From NCBI RefSeq assembly GCF_009914755.1, contig NC_060939.1: DNA of 64,000 nucleotides. One strand, written 5' to 3'. Shown piece by piece: positions 1-12,242 of this stretch. The notes below the pieces were generated by a model. The model was not told where the DNA came from and ran no database searches. It saw nothing but the letters and a program-made list of their open reading frames with translations. Each line of letters begins with the position of its first letter. Position 1 is the first letter of the stretch. The translations under genes and the position numbers were made by a program. The stretch is from the human T2T-CHM13v2.0 reference genome, Homo sapiens.

Positions 1-989
1 AGTCACTGTCCCATGACCCTTGCAGGCCACCCCAAGAGCATCTTCCAACCTCTCTCACAGCTGCTGCAATGCAGTGCATGCTCACCAACGCTGGTTCCTT
101 CCAGCCCTGGCTGCACGTGCTCATGCCGTGGTGTACAGTGGGGGATTCACTAAGCACATTATTCCCAAGTCAGGGAATACTTCCTGCACTTGTGGGGCCA
201 GCAGAGGCTAATACTTCCATTGAGCAGGAAGGCAGTCCACGGAGCAGGAAGTATCAGCTTCTCCCATGCCCCACTAGATCCCCCACACCAATCCAGAAAG
301 AACTCATCCACCCTGACTACTCATACCCCCTACCTCTCCTGATGTGGCTTCATGCAGGGTCAGGACCCCACTTTGTGACCTCCTTCCTAGCTCCAATTGG
401 CTTCTTTCTGCCCAACTCTGCCTCTGAGTTCTCAAGTCTGAGTCTTCCTGGGCCGTGGTGGCCGCACCAGAACCTCTGCTTTGTCCCTGTTCTCAGTGCC
501 TGTCTCAGGTCTCTGTCCAGATTCCCAGTCTTTAAGGCCTAAGACATACGTCACTCTGGGCCCCAAACCAGCCCAGGAAGAGGCCTGCGGCCAGAGACTG
601 ACCTCCTGGGTGCCATGCTATGTGCTCACTCATCCTCCCTGCCTGGCCTCGCTGGGAGTTGAGAGGAAGTAGGTGGGAGGAGATTCAGGAAGTGACTGCA
701 ACCTCAGGGCTTAGAAGCCCTTGAAAGCCCCCCTCTTTCAGAATCAGCCTCGAACGAGGCTGTGCTTGACCCAAGGCCTGGGGGCCCATGTCAGTGTAGG
801 CCTCCAAGCTTCTGTCTGCGGAAGGGTCTCTGTTTTAATGTAAACTACTCCAGGGCCTGGGCGCCATGGCTACAGATGAAACGGGTCCTGGTGGCTGTTA
901 CACTTGGCTGGTCCTGCACAAACATCTTTCGATCTGTGATGACGCCTCAGCCAGCCTGCCCTCCCCTTTTCAACAGCCCCTTTTCTCAT

Positions 990-1515
990 ACTTGCTGAAT
1001 GAAGGTACAAACTTCAGTATGGATATATCTGCCCTTCAGCTTCTGTCAAAAACTTGGTTGGAAATGGCCCATGTGCAGGGATATTTACTTATTAACTGCG
1101 GCTCCATTTGTAATAGCAAAATACTTTAAATTACCTAAATATCCCTCAAGAAGAGACTGGCCAAAAAAAAAAAAAAAATGATAGCATGTCCACACCATGG
1201 AATACTATAGAGCCACAAAAAAGAATGGTGATCAATGTACTTGCAGAGAATCCTCTCCACAAAATAGTGAGAAAAACATGGTGCAGACTGTGTTACCATT
1301 TATATAATTATACATGCATGCATATAGACAGACAGATGTTTGCATGTACATGTATATATATATAATCCCTCTGGGAGAATGGATAAGAAACTGGTATAAT
1401 GGCCACTAGGGAAGTGAACAGAGTCATTGAAGGAGCATTGTCACTGTATACTTTTTTTGTCTCTTGAATGTTGAGCTATGGACATGCATTACCAATCCTA
1501 AAATTTAAAATAAAA
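990..1515 (+). mobile_element. Old L1M (L1ME/L1MC-like) 3' end fragment
   Basis: tttgtaatagcaaaatact..., catggaatactatagagccacaaaaaagaat, A-rich end; typical L1M 3'UTR. Confidence 0.7.
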
Positions 1516-3879
1516 GAAAGCAATGGCTATTTAAGAGGGTCCAATTGACCTTCCATTCCCCAGGCTTCTCCAAGCTGCACCCTGTGTTATCTGGACACCA
1601 GGACACACCTCCCTGGGACCCCACCATTTAAGCCTCCTGGAATGTGGTCTTCACTGAGCATGCTCAGCCTCCCCTAAGAGCCAGCAGATGCGACTCATGG
1701 GGGCATGCCCTATACTGGCGGTGCCTCTGCCCTCGAGGTCATCATCATTTCCCTGCTGGTCCCCTGTATGTAAGCTCCTGGGACACAGGTACTCTTGCCT
1801 GAGCAACTGGACTTTGTCTTTCCATGAGGCAATGACTGACTATCTCATAACTAGCCTGTTTCCCTCCTTGCTCAGGCTACCAGGAAACTCTAAGATGTAA
1901 TTACTTGCTTCTCCTCACTGGTGCCCACCTGATATTGGCTTTCCTCCTGAAACACCAGCCCTTCCCTCCAACTCCAATTCCTTGCTGCCTGCAGATGTGA
2001 CCAGAGATGAAGGGAGCTGGGGTGGCCACTAGTGCAGTGAGGGGGCAGGAAGGCCCATTGAGGGAGGAAAGGGGGTGGGAGGGCAGCAGCAGGCTTAGGG
2101 CACAGGGAAACTGGGCAGGCTGAGAACACTACATGTGAACAGGTTCTTCCAAATGATTTCACTAATTTCTTGAGTTTGGCTAAGAGCCCAAGAGGTATCT
2201 AAACAAAGTTGATTATATTTCACTCATATAGTCTCACAGGAAGAGTTCATCTTGATCACGTTTCTCTAAATTTCTACATGGAGTTTTGGAATACCAGCTA
2301 AGGTTACCAAAAATTCATTCATTCTTCTAAAACTGATTTTGAAAGGACTTTATTTTAAGATCTGAGTTGGATTTTCCAGTTTGAAAAAAAAAAGAAAGCT
2401 CAACTAGGAAGTATCTTTTGGAAAATAATTATCTCATGTTTCAGGGGAAAGAAATTGCATTAGCCCTGATGGATTAGTAAAATCTAGTCTTTAGAGTATA
2501 AATGACCTCATTTAACAACCAGCCTCAATGTCCACTAGACCTAGAACCTGGAGGCCTGGTGCAGATTCTGATTCTGACATTTAGCAGCGAGAGCTCAGGG
2601 CCTGGCACAAAATAGACACTCAATTGGTATTTGTGGAGAGAATGAACTCTGTCTATGCAAGCCTCGTCTGTCAAATGAGGATCGTGCCTCTCTTATGTAG
2701 AACCACAGTAACTGCAGGGTCACTGTGGTGGTTAAATGAAATGCTAATCGTGAAAAAGACTTTGTAATCTGAAAAGGTGCTTTATCTGAGTGGGTGGCTG
2801 ACTTGGAAGGTGTGGAGACAACACTTGAAGCTTTCACGGGATGAGAATTTGACATTCCCACTGCCGCCCCAAACCCAGGATGTGGGAAGCCCCAGAGGGC
2901 ATGGGGCAGAGGGCATGGGGCTGCAGAGTCTCAGAATCTTGAGCTCTGGGTGTTATTAATGGCCCACCACTAAAGCACAGGCTTCAGTGGCTGAGTCACG
3001 GCTGGGATGGGAGTGGAGGGGAGACCTTTAGTGCTCATGGTACTTCCCAAATTCAGGCCTTTGCTACTGCTCAGTTCTGCAGCCTCCTCTTAATTGGCTT
3101 CCTGCCTCCAGATGGGTTTTCTCCTGTTCATTCACACTCTGGTGATCTTCCTAACACACAGATCGGAGCAGCCCCTTTCCCACTCAGAGCCCTGCACTGG
3201 CTCTGCACTGGGCCTGGGAAGGCCTGAGCTTTGTGACATAGCACACAGGCTTTTAGGGCAGCTTTGGTGTCCCCTGCAACCTATATGCCCCTAATCACCC
3301 CCCACACCCCAGGGCTGGGGGAAGTGCCCTTACTGGACTCCCATAGTTCTCACCCCTCTTTGGCTCTCCTGTGTGCCAGCAGGGATCACACTGCATTGTC
3401 ACTGTCTGTTCACAGGCTGTCCCCTCGCTGTATGGCAAGCCCCTCCAGGGAGGGCCCCTGCTGTTTGTCCCATCCTCCCAGTGCCAGGGAGGCATAGGCC
3501 TGGCCCCTCAGAGGTACTGGTAAATCTCTGTTGAGTGAAGGCTGTCAATGGAGTGTTAACATCTCAGGAGGACACTTTAGCCTTTAAAATCCTCTCCCTT
3601 GTTAATTCCAGGGAAGCCTAGTGGCCAAAATGCTTCTGTGACATTTGGTCAAGAATGACAGAGTCACCGAGCTTAATGAAAGGAGGGGAGGCCAGGCAAG
3701 GATCCTGCCCCTGTAAGCTCTGAGCTTACACTCACACCACATACTATCCGTGTCCTCATGAAACCACCATAAAACCTCTCTTCAGCTACTGTGTGTGTGC
3801 CCGATGATCAGATTTGCATTTTAGAAAGATTTTTCTGGCTGCAGAGAGGCCAGTGGACTGGGGGTGGGGGCACAGTGCA

Positions 3880-4275
3880 TGTGTGGGGACAGTGGCTACC
3901 ATTAGCACCATATTCTCCTCTCAGCCTTTCTGGCGCTCTGTGTCCAGGCACACAGTAAGTCTGTACTTCTGCACCTCTTCTGAAATAAAGCCAGGTGGCT
4001 CACCCTGTCTAGTGAACTGTGCTCAGAGTGGGTCCCTTCTGGGAAAAGCCAATGAGACATCTGTCACACTCCTTCCCCTCAGTGGAGGGGACCATGGAGG
4101 CTGGTGTCAGGACCAAGCCTCTACCAGCCCAGGTCCCTGAGTGATCATCATGAGCAGTGGCCTCCTGCCAGCTGCATGGGACATAAAGCACAAGCAAGAG
4201 ATGAGTCTTAGTTGTGCTGATGGAGATCTGGGGGTTGGTTGTTATTGCAGCACAACCCAACCTACCCTGACCGAC
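3880..4275 (+). mobile_element. MLT1-type MaLR LTR
   Basis: Ends ...ggagatctgggggttggttgttattgcagcacaacccaacctaccctgaccgacaca, an MLT1-like 3' terminus. Confidence 0.6.
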
Positions 4276-4689
4276 ACACCAGTTAGGAGGCCACTGCGTA
4301 AGATGAGTCCAGGTGAGAGGTGATGCCAACCTGGACCACAGTGGTGGAGGAAGAGAGGGACAGAGGGCACAGCTCTGAGAGATATACCCAGGAGGAAAAA
4401 CTAACAGGGCTTCGTGATGATTTGTCCACAGGGATGAAGAAAGCTCCTGCAGCAATCATCTGTCCTTTGGTAAGGGCTTGCTTGCTTGGACCTTTTCAGG
4501 AACTCACAGGTTCTTTGAGCTAAGATTTCCATCCTATTTTCATATGCAGGGTCAGGGCTCAGTGTTGGCTTGCTTCCAGCCTGCGAGAGACCCCAGGGAC
4601 CTGGGTCACTGCTATAGTGAGGAACAGTCTTGTCATAAAGGTGGAAGCCAAAGCCCCAGCTGCTGCAATTTACTGATAACACCTATTGC

Positions 4690-4860
4690 GCTGTGCTAGG
4701 GCTTTCCAAACAGCATGTAGTTTAACACAGAGATGGGGAAACTGAGACTCAGAGAACTTAAAAGCCTTCCCAAGCTAGGAGGTGGCAGAGCCGAGACTTA
4801 GAGCCAGGATCTAATGCCGGGTCGCCATGGCTGCGAATTCTCAATGCTGCCTCACTATCA
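4690..4860 (-). mobile_element. MIR
   Basis: acagagatggggaaactgagactcagaga core in antisense. Confidence 0.7.
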
Positions 4861-5384
4861 GGGACAAAATAACTCCTCAGTGAAGGAGGCTGGAGGCTGG
4901 AAATGAAGGCTGCATGTGAGGGGCTGTACTCTCCTCTCTGAGTCGGGGACAGAGAGTGGGGGTGTCCACACCTCCCAGCTGCTCCCTGCACGACAGTCGC
5001 CCTCACGGAAGTGTTTGGGCGTTGGCAGTGTTCTGGACCTCTCTCAAGTCCACGCGTCACTAGTGCTCCTGCATAAACATCAGGGGGCTGAGTTCTGTTC
5101 TTGGCTGCACGCACACGGGCACCGGCTCCATGCTCCCACAGATTCCAGGGAAACCGGATTGTGGGGTGTGGATGCCTGCCTTGGTGCGCTTCCCATCAAT
5201 GCTCAGGGGATTCAGAGTTGCGAGGTTCCCACCCAAGCAGAAACAAAAGCCGCCTTCACAAAAATCACTGGCGCGACTGTGACATATTTTCACCTGCTAT
5301 TAATTCTCTTTCTTTCTCCATGTATTTTGGCAATAGACAGCAAGGAATAACAGTCCCCAGCCAGTCTTTATGATGTGTTTGTGG

Positions 5385-5620
5385 ATGAAGAGCTCAGGTT
5401 TTAGAATCAGGAAGACCTCCTGGGTTCATGGCCCAGCTTCTGCATGTACTTGCTCTGTAACTTTGAACAACTTAACATCTCTGAGCCTCAGTTTTGTCAT
5501 CTAGAAAATGGGCAATTAGTGATAACCTCACAGGGCTGTTGGAATAATTAAGGGAAGAGCTGTAGGTAAAACATGTACTCTGGTGCCTGGCACACAGCAG
5601 GTGCTCAATAAATGGTATTT
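5385..5620 (+). mobile_element. MIR
   Basis: ctctgagcctcagttttgtcatctagaaaatggg ... gtgcctggcacacagcaggtgctcaataaatgg. Confidence 0.8.
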
Positions 5621-6769
5621 ATTGTCATTCAACATTTTTGATCTGGCGTTTTGAAACATCCTGCTACAAAATTATATACATTTAAATCTGCATTCATAGC
5701 ATGGCAGAGTTGAAGGCATTTAGTAATAACTCATGGTGAAGGTCAAGCTTTTTAAAGCACTAGGAAAGATAAAATCTCATGTGGAAACCTAACATATAAA
5801 ACAGTTAAAAATGGGACTGCTCTGATTGATGTGGGAGTGTGGCCCCCAGGGCTCCTCAGAATGAGGCAGAAAATCATCGATGAAGGGAAGTTAAGGATTT
5901 GTCTATAGTGACCCAGTGGGAGAGAAGGTTCAAATCCTACTTCTCCTGTGCAGGTTTGGCAAATACTGTGAAGGAGGAGTGATGGCACCTGCCTGGCAGT
6001 CTTGAAAACTGAAATCCTAGTGTAGACGAGCCGCCAAATTCAACTTCCCAGTGCTGGCTCGTTGCTCTTGAAGAAGTGCAAGCAAAGGCTGACCAGCCAG
6101 GCCAGGCTGTGAAAGCGTTGAGTGCAGGCAGACCCCAAAGTGACCTCATGAGGCTCTGCCCAGCTGGCACTATTCTCAGCCAGCCTGCACGTCCCCTGCG
6201 GTGCACCTGGCAGCCACATCACTTCATTCCCTGGGCTCTGGACAACAGGGCCGCCACCTGCTGAGCTTCTGCACATGCCGTTTTGTTCGGTCCACCCCTC
6301 TCAGCACACACCACCCACTGTCCTCCTCGTGGGGCTCCGCTGGTTTCTGTAATAAGTGTCCTTACCATACTAGAGGGTGGGGGCATTAAAGCCCTTTTCT
6401 GCCCTTGGGCTTCTCAAATGTGACCTCCCTGAGATTAAATGTGATGAGATCACTGCCACTCATCCTCTTCCACTGCCCATAAACCTGCTTGTCTTCAGCT
6501 CTCCCCTCTCTACTGGTGACATGCATCTGCCTGGTGGCCTCAGGCAGAACCATGGACTTCAGGTTTGATCCTGTCTTCTTTTCTGTTACAACCAATGGGA
6601 TGGCAGGTCTTGCCAATTTTCCACGTGAGTGTCTCTTGGTGAAGTTTTTTTTAATCGTAAAGACCCCGTTCCTTCATCCTCTCAGGGCTTCCACCTCTCT
6701 CACCTGGACTCTGGGTTCCAGCAGCCCCTGATTAGTCTCCTGCCTCTGCCTGCCTCCTGCTCTCCTGGT

Positions 6770-7190
6770 GCTTACATTCCAGTGGGGAGAAGGATGGTTT
6801 GCAACTGGCCAAATACATGAGGTAATCACAGACTGTGATCAGCTGTATGAATGAAGAGTCCAGTGCTGTAAATGCACGTGATGACAGAGGTGACGTTTAG
6901 GCTAAGACCTGCAGGAGAAGAAGGAGCTGTTCATTCTAAGGGCATGGTTGGTGGGAGATCATTTCAGGTGGAGGGAATGGCTTCTGCCACAGCCTTGAGA
7001 TAGGAAAGGGGAGGCACATGCAGCTCTGAAAAGTGGTGGCCTAAGCAGGATGAGGAAGGAGGAGAGTGGGATGGGTGGCTCTGGGTTAGAGGGGCCAGCA
7101 AAGGGTGGATCTTACTGGGTACTCCAGGTCATGGTTGGGAGTTTGAATATCTTTCTAAAGGCAATGGGAGCCACTGATGCTTTCACAACA
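6770..7190 (-). mobile_element. L2 fragment, truncated at the 147 bp duplicated block
   Basis: ttccagtggggaga..., atttcaggtggagggaatggc..., aaaggcaatgggagccactga; antisense L2 3' region. Confidence 0.65.
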
Positions 7191-7337
7191 TCCCAGGGTT
7201 CTGTGTCTAAGGGCTGCTGCTTTTAGAGCAACCTTATTTTTCTACATTCAGCTTTTCATTTTTCTGATTGGCTGAGAGGTTGAATGTGCTATAACTCCAA
7301 GGAGTATGTGCTTTATGGTGACAACAGAATAGCTACA
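7191..7337 (+). repeat. Dispersed direct duplication, copy 1 (147 bp)
   Basis: Identical to 7907-8053 except 4 substitutions. Confidence 0.95.
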
Positions 7338-7906
7338 ATAAGTCTCAGGCAGGGTTCCATGAGCTCCTGAACAAGGCAAGGCAGGGAGAAAGAGTCCCAG
7401 GCTCTTCAGGAGGGAAGAATTGCCATCACTTGGTGATTACTGTGGGAGTGAGTTTTGAGGAGAGAGGCGAGCTCCCTACTCAACTGTGAGTGTTTTGAAG
7501 ACAAAGATTAAGTTTTCTTCTTCTCTGTGTCTGCAGGACCTACCACAGGCCTGACACCAAGGGCCAAAATGTTTGCTGCGTGAATAAACAATGTGGAATT
7601 TTAGTTCAGGCTTGTGGATGTACGATTTGTTTCTGATCCTCACCACACTGTCACCAAGCATAGGCGCAAGGAGCCGATATTCCCTTGTCCCACTCCAGGC
7701 ATAATTACTGTGCCTCTTCAACTTCATTCCAACTCTAGGAACATTTGGGGGATGGGGTGGGTGATGAGTAGCCCACACAGTTGATCCTGGGGCCCCACAC
7801 CTGCTAGGATTGGGCATGGTCTGGAACGGGTTGGGTAGTCTTGCTGGTTTCCTATAGGTGCAAGCATCTTACATTCTGCGTTGTTGGCACCATATGTATA
7901 CCAGCG

Positions 7907-8053
7907 TCCCAGGGTTCTGTGTCTAAGGGCTGCTGCTTTTAGAGCAACCTTATTTTTCTACATTCAGCTTTTCATTTTTCTGATTGGCTGAGAGGTTGAA
8001 TGTGTTATAACTCCAAGGAGGGTGTGCTTTGTGGTGACAACAGAATAGCTACA
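7907..8053 (+). repeat. Dispersed direct duplication, copy 2 (147 bp)
   Basis: Identical to 7191-7337 except 4 substitutions; offset 716 bp. Confidence 0.95.
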
Positions 8054-10049
8054 GAGTGAGAAAGCCAGAGAACGCATCTCATTTCTGCCATTGCCTTGCT
8101 GGGCAGCCACAGATGAAATTGTTTCCTCATCTGTAAAATGAATGTACTCATTAACCTCGGGGCTGTTGTTGATCTGAATCTGCCAGGTCAACCAGTAATG
8201 TGTCCTGTGCATGAGGACTCAGGAGTGGGGCTTTGTCTTGTCTCTAGAGAAGGGAACTAAGTGGGTAGACAACAGGTTCTAAGACCCCCCCCCCAGCTTC
8301 TGGGACCTCCAACAACATCAGGTTCTGAGGTTCTGGCTGCCAGGATTTGTCTGAGTCTCTTCTGTCCTAAGAGAATCAGGAAGAGCCTGGTGCCCACATT
8401 TTGACCCTTCCTGGTTGGGAAGAGTGAAAGGAGTGCTGGAGTTGGTTTGGCTGGGTACCCTACTGAGAAGCTGGGGCTGGACATTTTATTTCAGGGAGCT
8501 TGGAATGAGAGTGGGAAAAGTCGGGGTTGGGGGACTCCATGCCAAAGAAGGGTATGGAACACCAAGGGCCAGCCTCTAGGGAAGATGAACCCAAGCTCTA
8601 AGTCAACAGCACTTGGGCTTTCAGTGTGTGGGCTACAGGGCTGGGAGCAGAAGAGGTCAGGACTGAGCAAAGGGCCCAGGCCAGGGAGGTGGCTTGCAGC
8701 TGCCGGATGGAATAGGGGGCATGGCTGTGCCAGTCTGACTTCATGAGGCCTTAGGATCCTAGGCTAGAGCTCCCTGGACACTGAGGCTGCAGCAGAGGCA
8801 GTCAGACTGGTCTGGATACAGCCAGATGAGACTGCACAATGTTAGGATGGGCTTGGGGTTTGGTGCCAGAGCGCCTTGCATATCCCGCTATTAGAGCATC
8901 TTCACAGGGTGAGGAGCTCACCCTTATCTATGTCTGTCTTCCTCAGGGGCTCACAGCCTGTGACAGTCAGCTTCTAGGTTGAGGACATAAAATATGGAAT
9001 TAACATATGATAGGCTAACAAGTCCAGCTTAGTGTGCATTTCCTGTGCATCTACTATGTGCACGGTCCCTGATTCTGCCCCAGCCACTTAGGGGTTCCCA
9101 GCCAAGAGTTGGTTTCTATTCCTTCAAAAACCATCCCTGGCCCTTCAGGGAGGAAGCTGTCTGCTTGGACATTGGTAAAATGGCTTCCTGCTGAAACCAA
9201 TTCTTCATCAGACACCAGCTAGTCTAGTTAAACAGATGGCTTCGTAGACGCCTCTCAACTCAGGCACTCTGTACATGCCCAGCAGATTGAGCCAAAGCTT
9301 CTCGTAGGCTCAAGCCTGGTCACAGAATGGCCTGGAGTTAGACCTATCATGCTAGGCTCTGTGGCTTATGCCATGGGGCACCCAAGTCAAAGAGAAACAT
9401 GGAGCAGCTGCTGGCACCATCGATTTTACTCAAAGATTGAGAAAAGAAACAGCGATGAATTTTTGTACACATGTGTAGCCGGAAGGAGCAGGATCTAGTT
9501 TTCCACAGGAGTCAAAGTTGGTCTAGAGGCAAATGGAACCTATATAAACATATGTGATTTAAGTATGAGTCTTTAACAGAAATTTGCGCCAGACCATCAT
9601 CTGCTACTTTTAACCCGGTTCTGTTCTCTTGTGCCAGGAGGGCTGCTCTCGTGAACAAACCTGAGGATCTCTGACTAGTAGTGTTCTGGGGAAACAGCTC
9701 TGAACATGAGTGCATCTCATCAATTAGTTTTGCACTGATGTTCCTCCCATGATCTACTGCTAGGATGATTCAATACCTGGGCCAAGAGTTGGATGATTTG
9801 AAATCAATGTAGGGTCTCATTTTCAGGAATTCTTAGGCATTGGATGAATTCTAGGTCTGATTCTGCCACTGATTTACCCCATTGTTGGGTAACTCCCTTT
9901 CTTTGCCTCTCAGTTTCTTGGTCTGTAAAATGGGAAGGCTGTATCTCTGAGGTTCTGTTCGACTTTAACATCTGGTGACCTAAATAGCTCTGTCCAGGTG
10001 GGTATAATTCAGATTCAACTGTGATTCGTCTAGATCTAACTAAAATGTA

Positions 10050-10230
10050 TTGGGCGCTTACTTTCATATACATTATTTAATGTAGGGCTCTCAAAACCCC
10101 AGAAAGGTAGGTGTTATTATCTTCATTTTGTAGATTACAAAATGGAAACTCAGAGAAGTTCAGCAAGTTAACTGAAGTCACACAGCTAGGAAGTCATACA
10201 GCTGAGATTCAGTCTCAGGCCTGTCTGCCT
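10050..10230 (-). mobile_element. MIR (a second, plus-strand MIR lies at ~9830-9970)
   Basis: aggtaggtgttattatcttcattttgtagat...gaaactcagagaagtt...gtcacacagctaggaagt. Confidence 0.7.
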
Positions 10231-11923
10231 TCATGTCCAGGGGGCTGAGAACAGATAATATGAGCCCATGCCAACTTGGCTTCCCCCACCCCTCACTTCC
10301 TGCCTACCCAGGAGCTCAGCTCTGTGATCTAGTGTAGTGGGTTGAGGGATGGAGGGGGGATCTGGCTGGGGCTGGGGCTTGGGCTGCAGGCCCCGGGTAG
10401 GTATGGGTATATGGGTAGACACTGGCTGGAGAGGGGCAAGTTCTGAAGGGCTGAGAGCAAATTCTCTAGTCTGGCCTGGGACTGGCTCTTCCACATGAGT
10501 TCCCCAGGCTCCATTTGAGCTGAAGCTTAAGGAGCTGCCTGCTCTTTGCTCTTCTTTCCATCTGGGAGCCCCTGCTCACCACATGGCTTGTCATCCCCAG
10601 GGACCCACCCTCAAAAATTCCTGTCCACACTTCCCAGTCCTCAGAAACTATCTCCTAACACCCATTGGCTGAAGGTAGGGAAGGAAGAGATGTGCTAGAG
10701 AGACTGAGCTCGGATCTCTGTCCTGACAATTGGGAGGAAGACTTCAAGCGATGCTTTTATTTCAACCAATTCAATCACCACCAGTCTGTGTCTTCATGCA
10801 GCAGTGGCTTTTGAGATCTCGGTTGTCTTTTCAGAACATTGGGACGGCCTCAACAACTTGCATGACGCTGGGCAAGTGAATTTCTCTCTCTGGGCCTCAG
10901 TGTCCCCATCTAGGCAATCACCAGCCGTTAGGCCCTATGGATGGAAGGTTCCTGCCTGCAGTGGCATTTTAGGATCCACTATCATCTGCTTTATCTTCCT
11001 AGTGGCAAGGGACTGGACCAGATGCTTTTGGAAAGCGCACCAAGCTTAAAGGTGGCTCTCTCTGCAGGTACCCCTCCTCCCTTCACGCCAGAGGCTCACC
11101 CCCACCCCGCCCGGGCTCCCTGTTAGAGCCAGGCCTGGCTCTTTAGCCTTGCAGCTCAGGAAACCAGAGCGCAGCGCTATAGCCGCGACTGCGGCGGCGG
11201 CGGCGGCGCAGGGGGCGGGGGAGGAGAGAAGCGCCCACTTCGTCCCGCTGCCTCCGCAGCAGCCCTGGCCCTAGCCCCGGCGCATCAGAGCGGTCCTTGG
11301 GAATCTTTGGGCTTGTTGCTCCGGCGGCCGCCAGCTGGGAGCCCACCACCGCTCGATGGTACCGAACCGACCCGTGTAGCCCCGTAACCCCAGCCCAACT
11401 CCGAGGAGCTAGCGCAGACCGCTCTCCGCCCTCAGCTGCGGCGAGGCAAGGGCTGGCAGCGCTCGGACGCCTCCGTCTTGCCCTTCCCATGCCTAAGCGC
11501 GGGGAATTACACGTTCCCGGTGTAGAACAGACGATCGGGGCTATTAGGGCTGGGCGGTGGGAGTGGGGGTTGGGAGCACCATTTTTGGCTGGACGTGTGT
11601 CCAGACTCATCGTCTCTGGTCCTTAGGACCCCATCTTCCTCTGCATCTCCAGGTGTCGGCCCCTCTGTACCCGCCTCCCACGGGGCTCGTCCGGCGAAGG
11701 GCAGCCGCAGCCCACATCTACTCCCCGCCCTCAATCCCTGCCCCCTCTGCCCGCCGCAGTCACTCGCCTGGCTGGGAGCAAGCCTCCCCTCTCGCTGAGG
11801 GTGCAGAGAGCGCCTAGGGCGCCAAGAGTAGAGGGGCCAAAGTTCAAGCGCCATCAGCCAGCCGAAGGCCCTGAGCCCCCAGGGCCGCGGCCGGGACGCA
11901 GGGAGGTCAGGACGCGACGCTCG

Positions 11924-11932
11924 CCTCACCTG
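11924..11932 (-). other. RASGRF1: 5' splice donor of RASGRF1 intron 1 (CAG|GTGAGG)
   Basis: Plus strand cctcacctg at 11924-11932. PH-like sequence stops here and the ORF read-through is GC-rich nonsense. Confidence 0.95.
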
Positions 11933-12205
11933 TTTCTCCAGCGGCTCCTTGGCCGACAGCGCCGGCTTGGGGGAGGGCGCGCGGTCGCAGACGCAGCCCT
12001 CCAGCAGGTAAAGCCCCGAGGGCCGCGAGCTCGAGTCGCTCTCGAAGTAGAAGAGCAGGTTCTGCAGCAGCGCGAACCACTTGGTTTGCCATTTTGTGTT
12101 GTCCGAACTCCGCTTGCTCAGGTAGCCTTTGCGCGTGCCGTCCTTGCGCGCCAGCAGTCCCAGGGACGCGACGTGGCCATCATTCAGCCGGATCCCCTTC
12201 TGCAT
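11930..12205 (-). CDS. RASGRF1: RASGRF1 (Ras guanine nucleotide-releasing factor 1) coding exon 1, aa 1-92, N-terminal part of the first PH domain
   Basis: Translation MQKGIRLNDGHVASLGLLARKDGTRKGYLSKRSSDNTKWQTKWFALLQNLLFYFESDSSSRPSGLYLLEGCVCDRAPSPKPALSAKEPLEKQ matches the RASGRF1 N-terminus as I recall it. PH strands visible (KGYLSK..KWQTKWFALLQNLLFYF). ATG context gagcaccATGc. 276 nt ending in phase 0 at a canonical donor CAG|GTGAGG. Confidence 0.97.
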
Positions 12206-12236
12206 GGTGCTCAGAGGCCAGCGAGACCCCACGCGC

Positions 12237-12242
12237 TTACAT
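12237..12242 (-). other. Minimal start-stop uORF (ATG-TAA) in the RASGRF1 leader
   Basis: Minus strand GGAGAAG ATG TAA GCGC with -3 A. Ends 31 nt before the main ATG. Confidence 0.65.

Larger units (their letters stand above)
1..11929 (-). other. RASGRF1: RASGRF1 intron 1 (continues beyond window start)
   Basis: Downstream of the exon 1 donor on the minus strand. No in-window ORF continues the PH domain. Content is repeats and unique intronic DNA. Confidence 0.88.

Noticed and set aside
8730-8810. 11 bp inverted repeat ccagtctgact/agtcagactgg
   Set aside because: Short arms and a 59-nt poorly pairing spacer; compatible with chance in 64 kb.
11507-11929. Read-through of the RASGRF1 ORF to 241 aa
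   Set aside because: It passes a strong GTGAGG donor; the extra residues are GC-rich intronic sequence with no PH continuation.
12206-12232. In-frame GTG giving a 9 aa N-terminal extension
   Set aside because: Near-cognate codon with C at -3; the known protein starts MQKGIRL.
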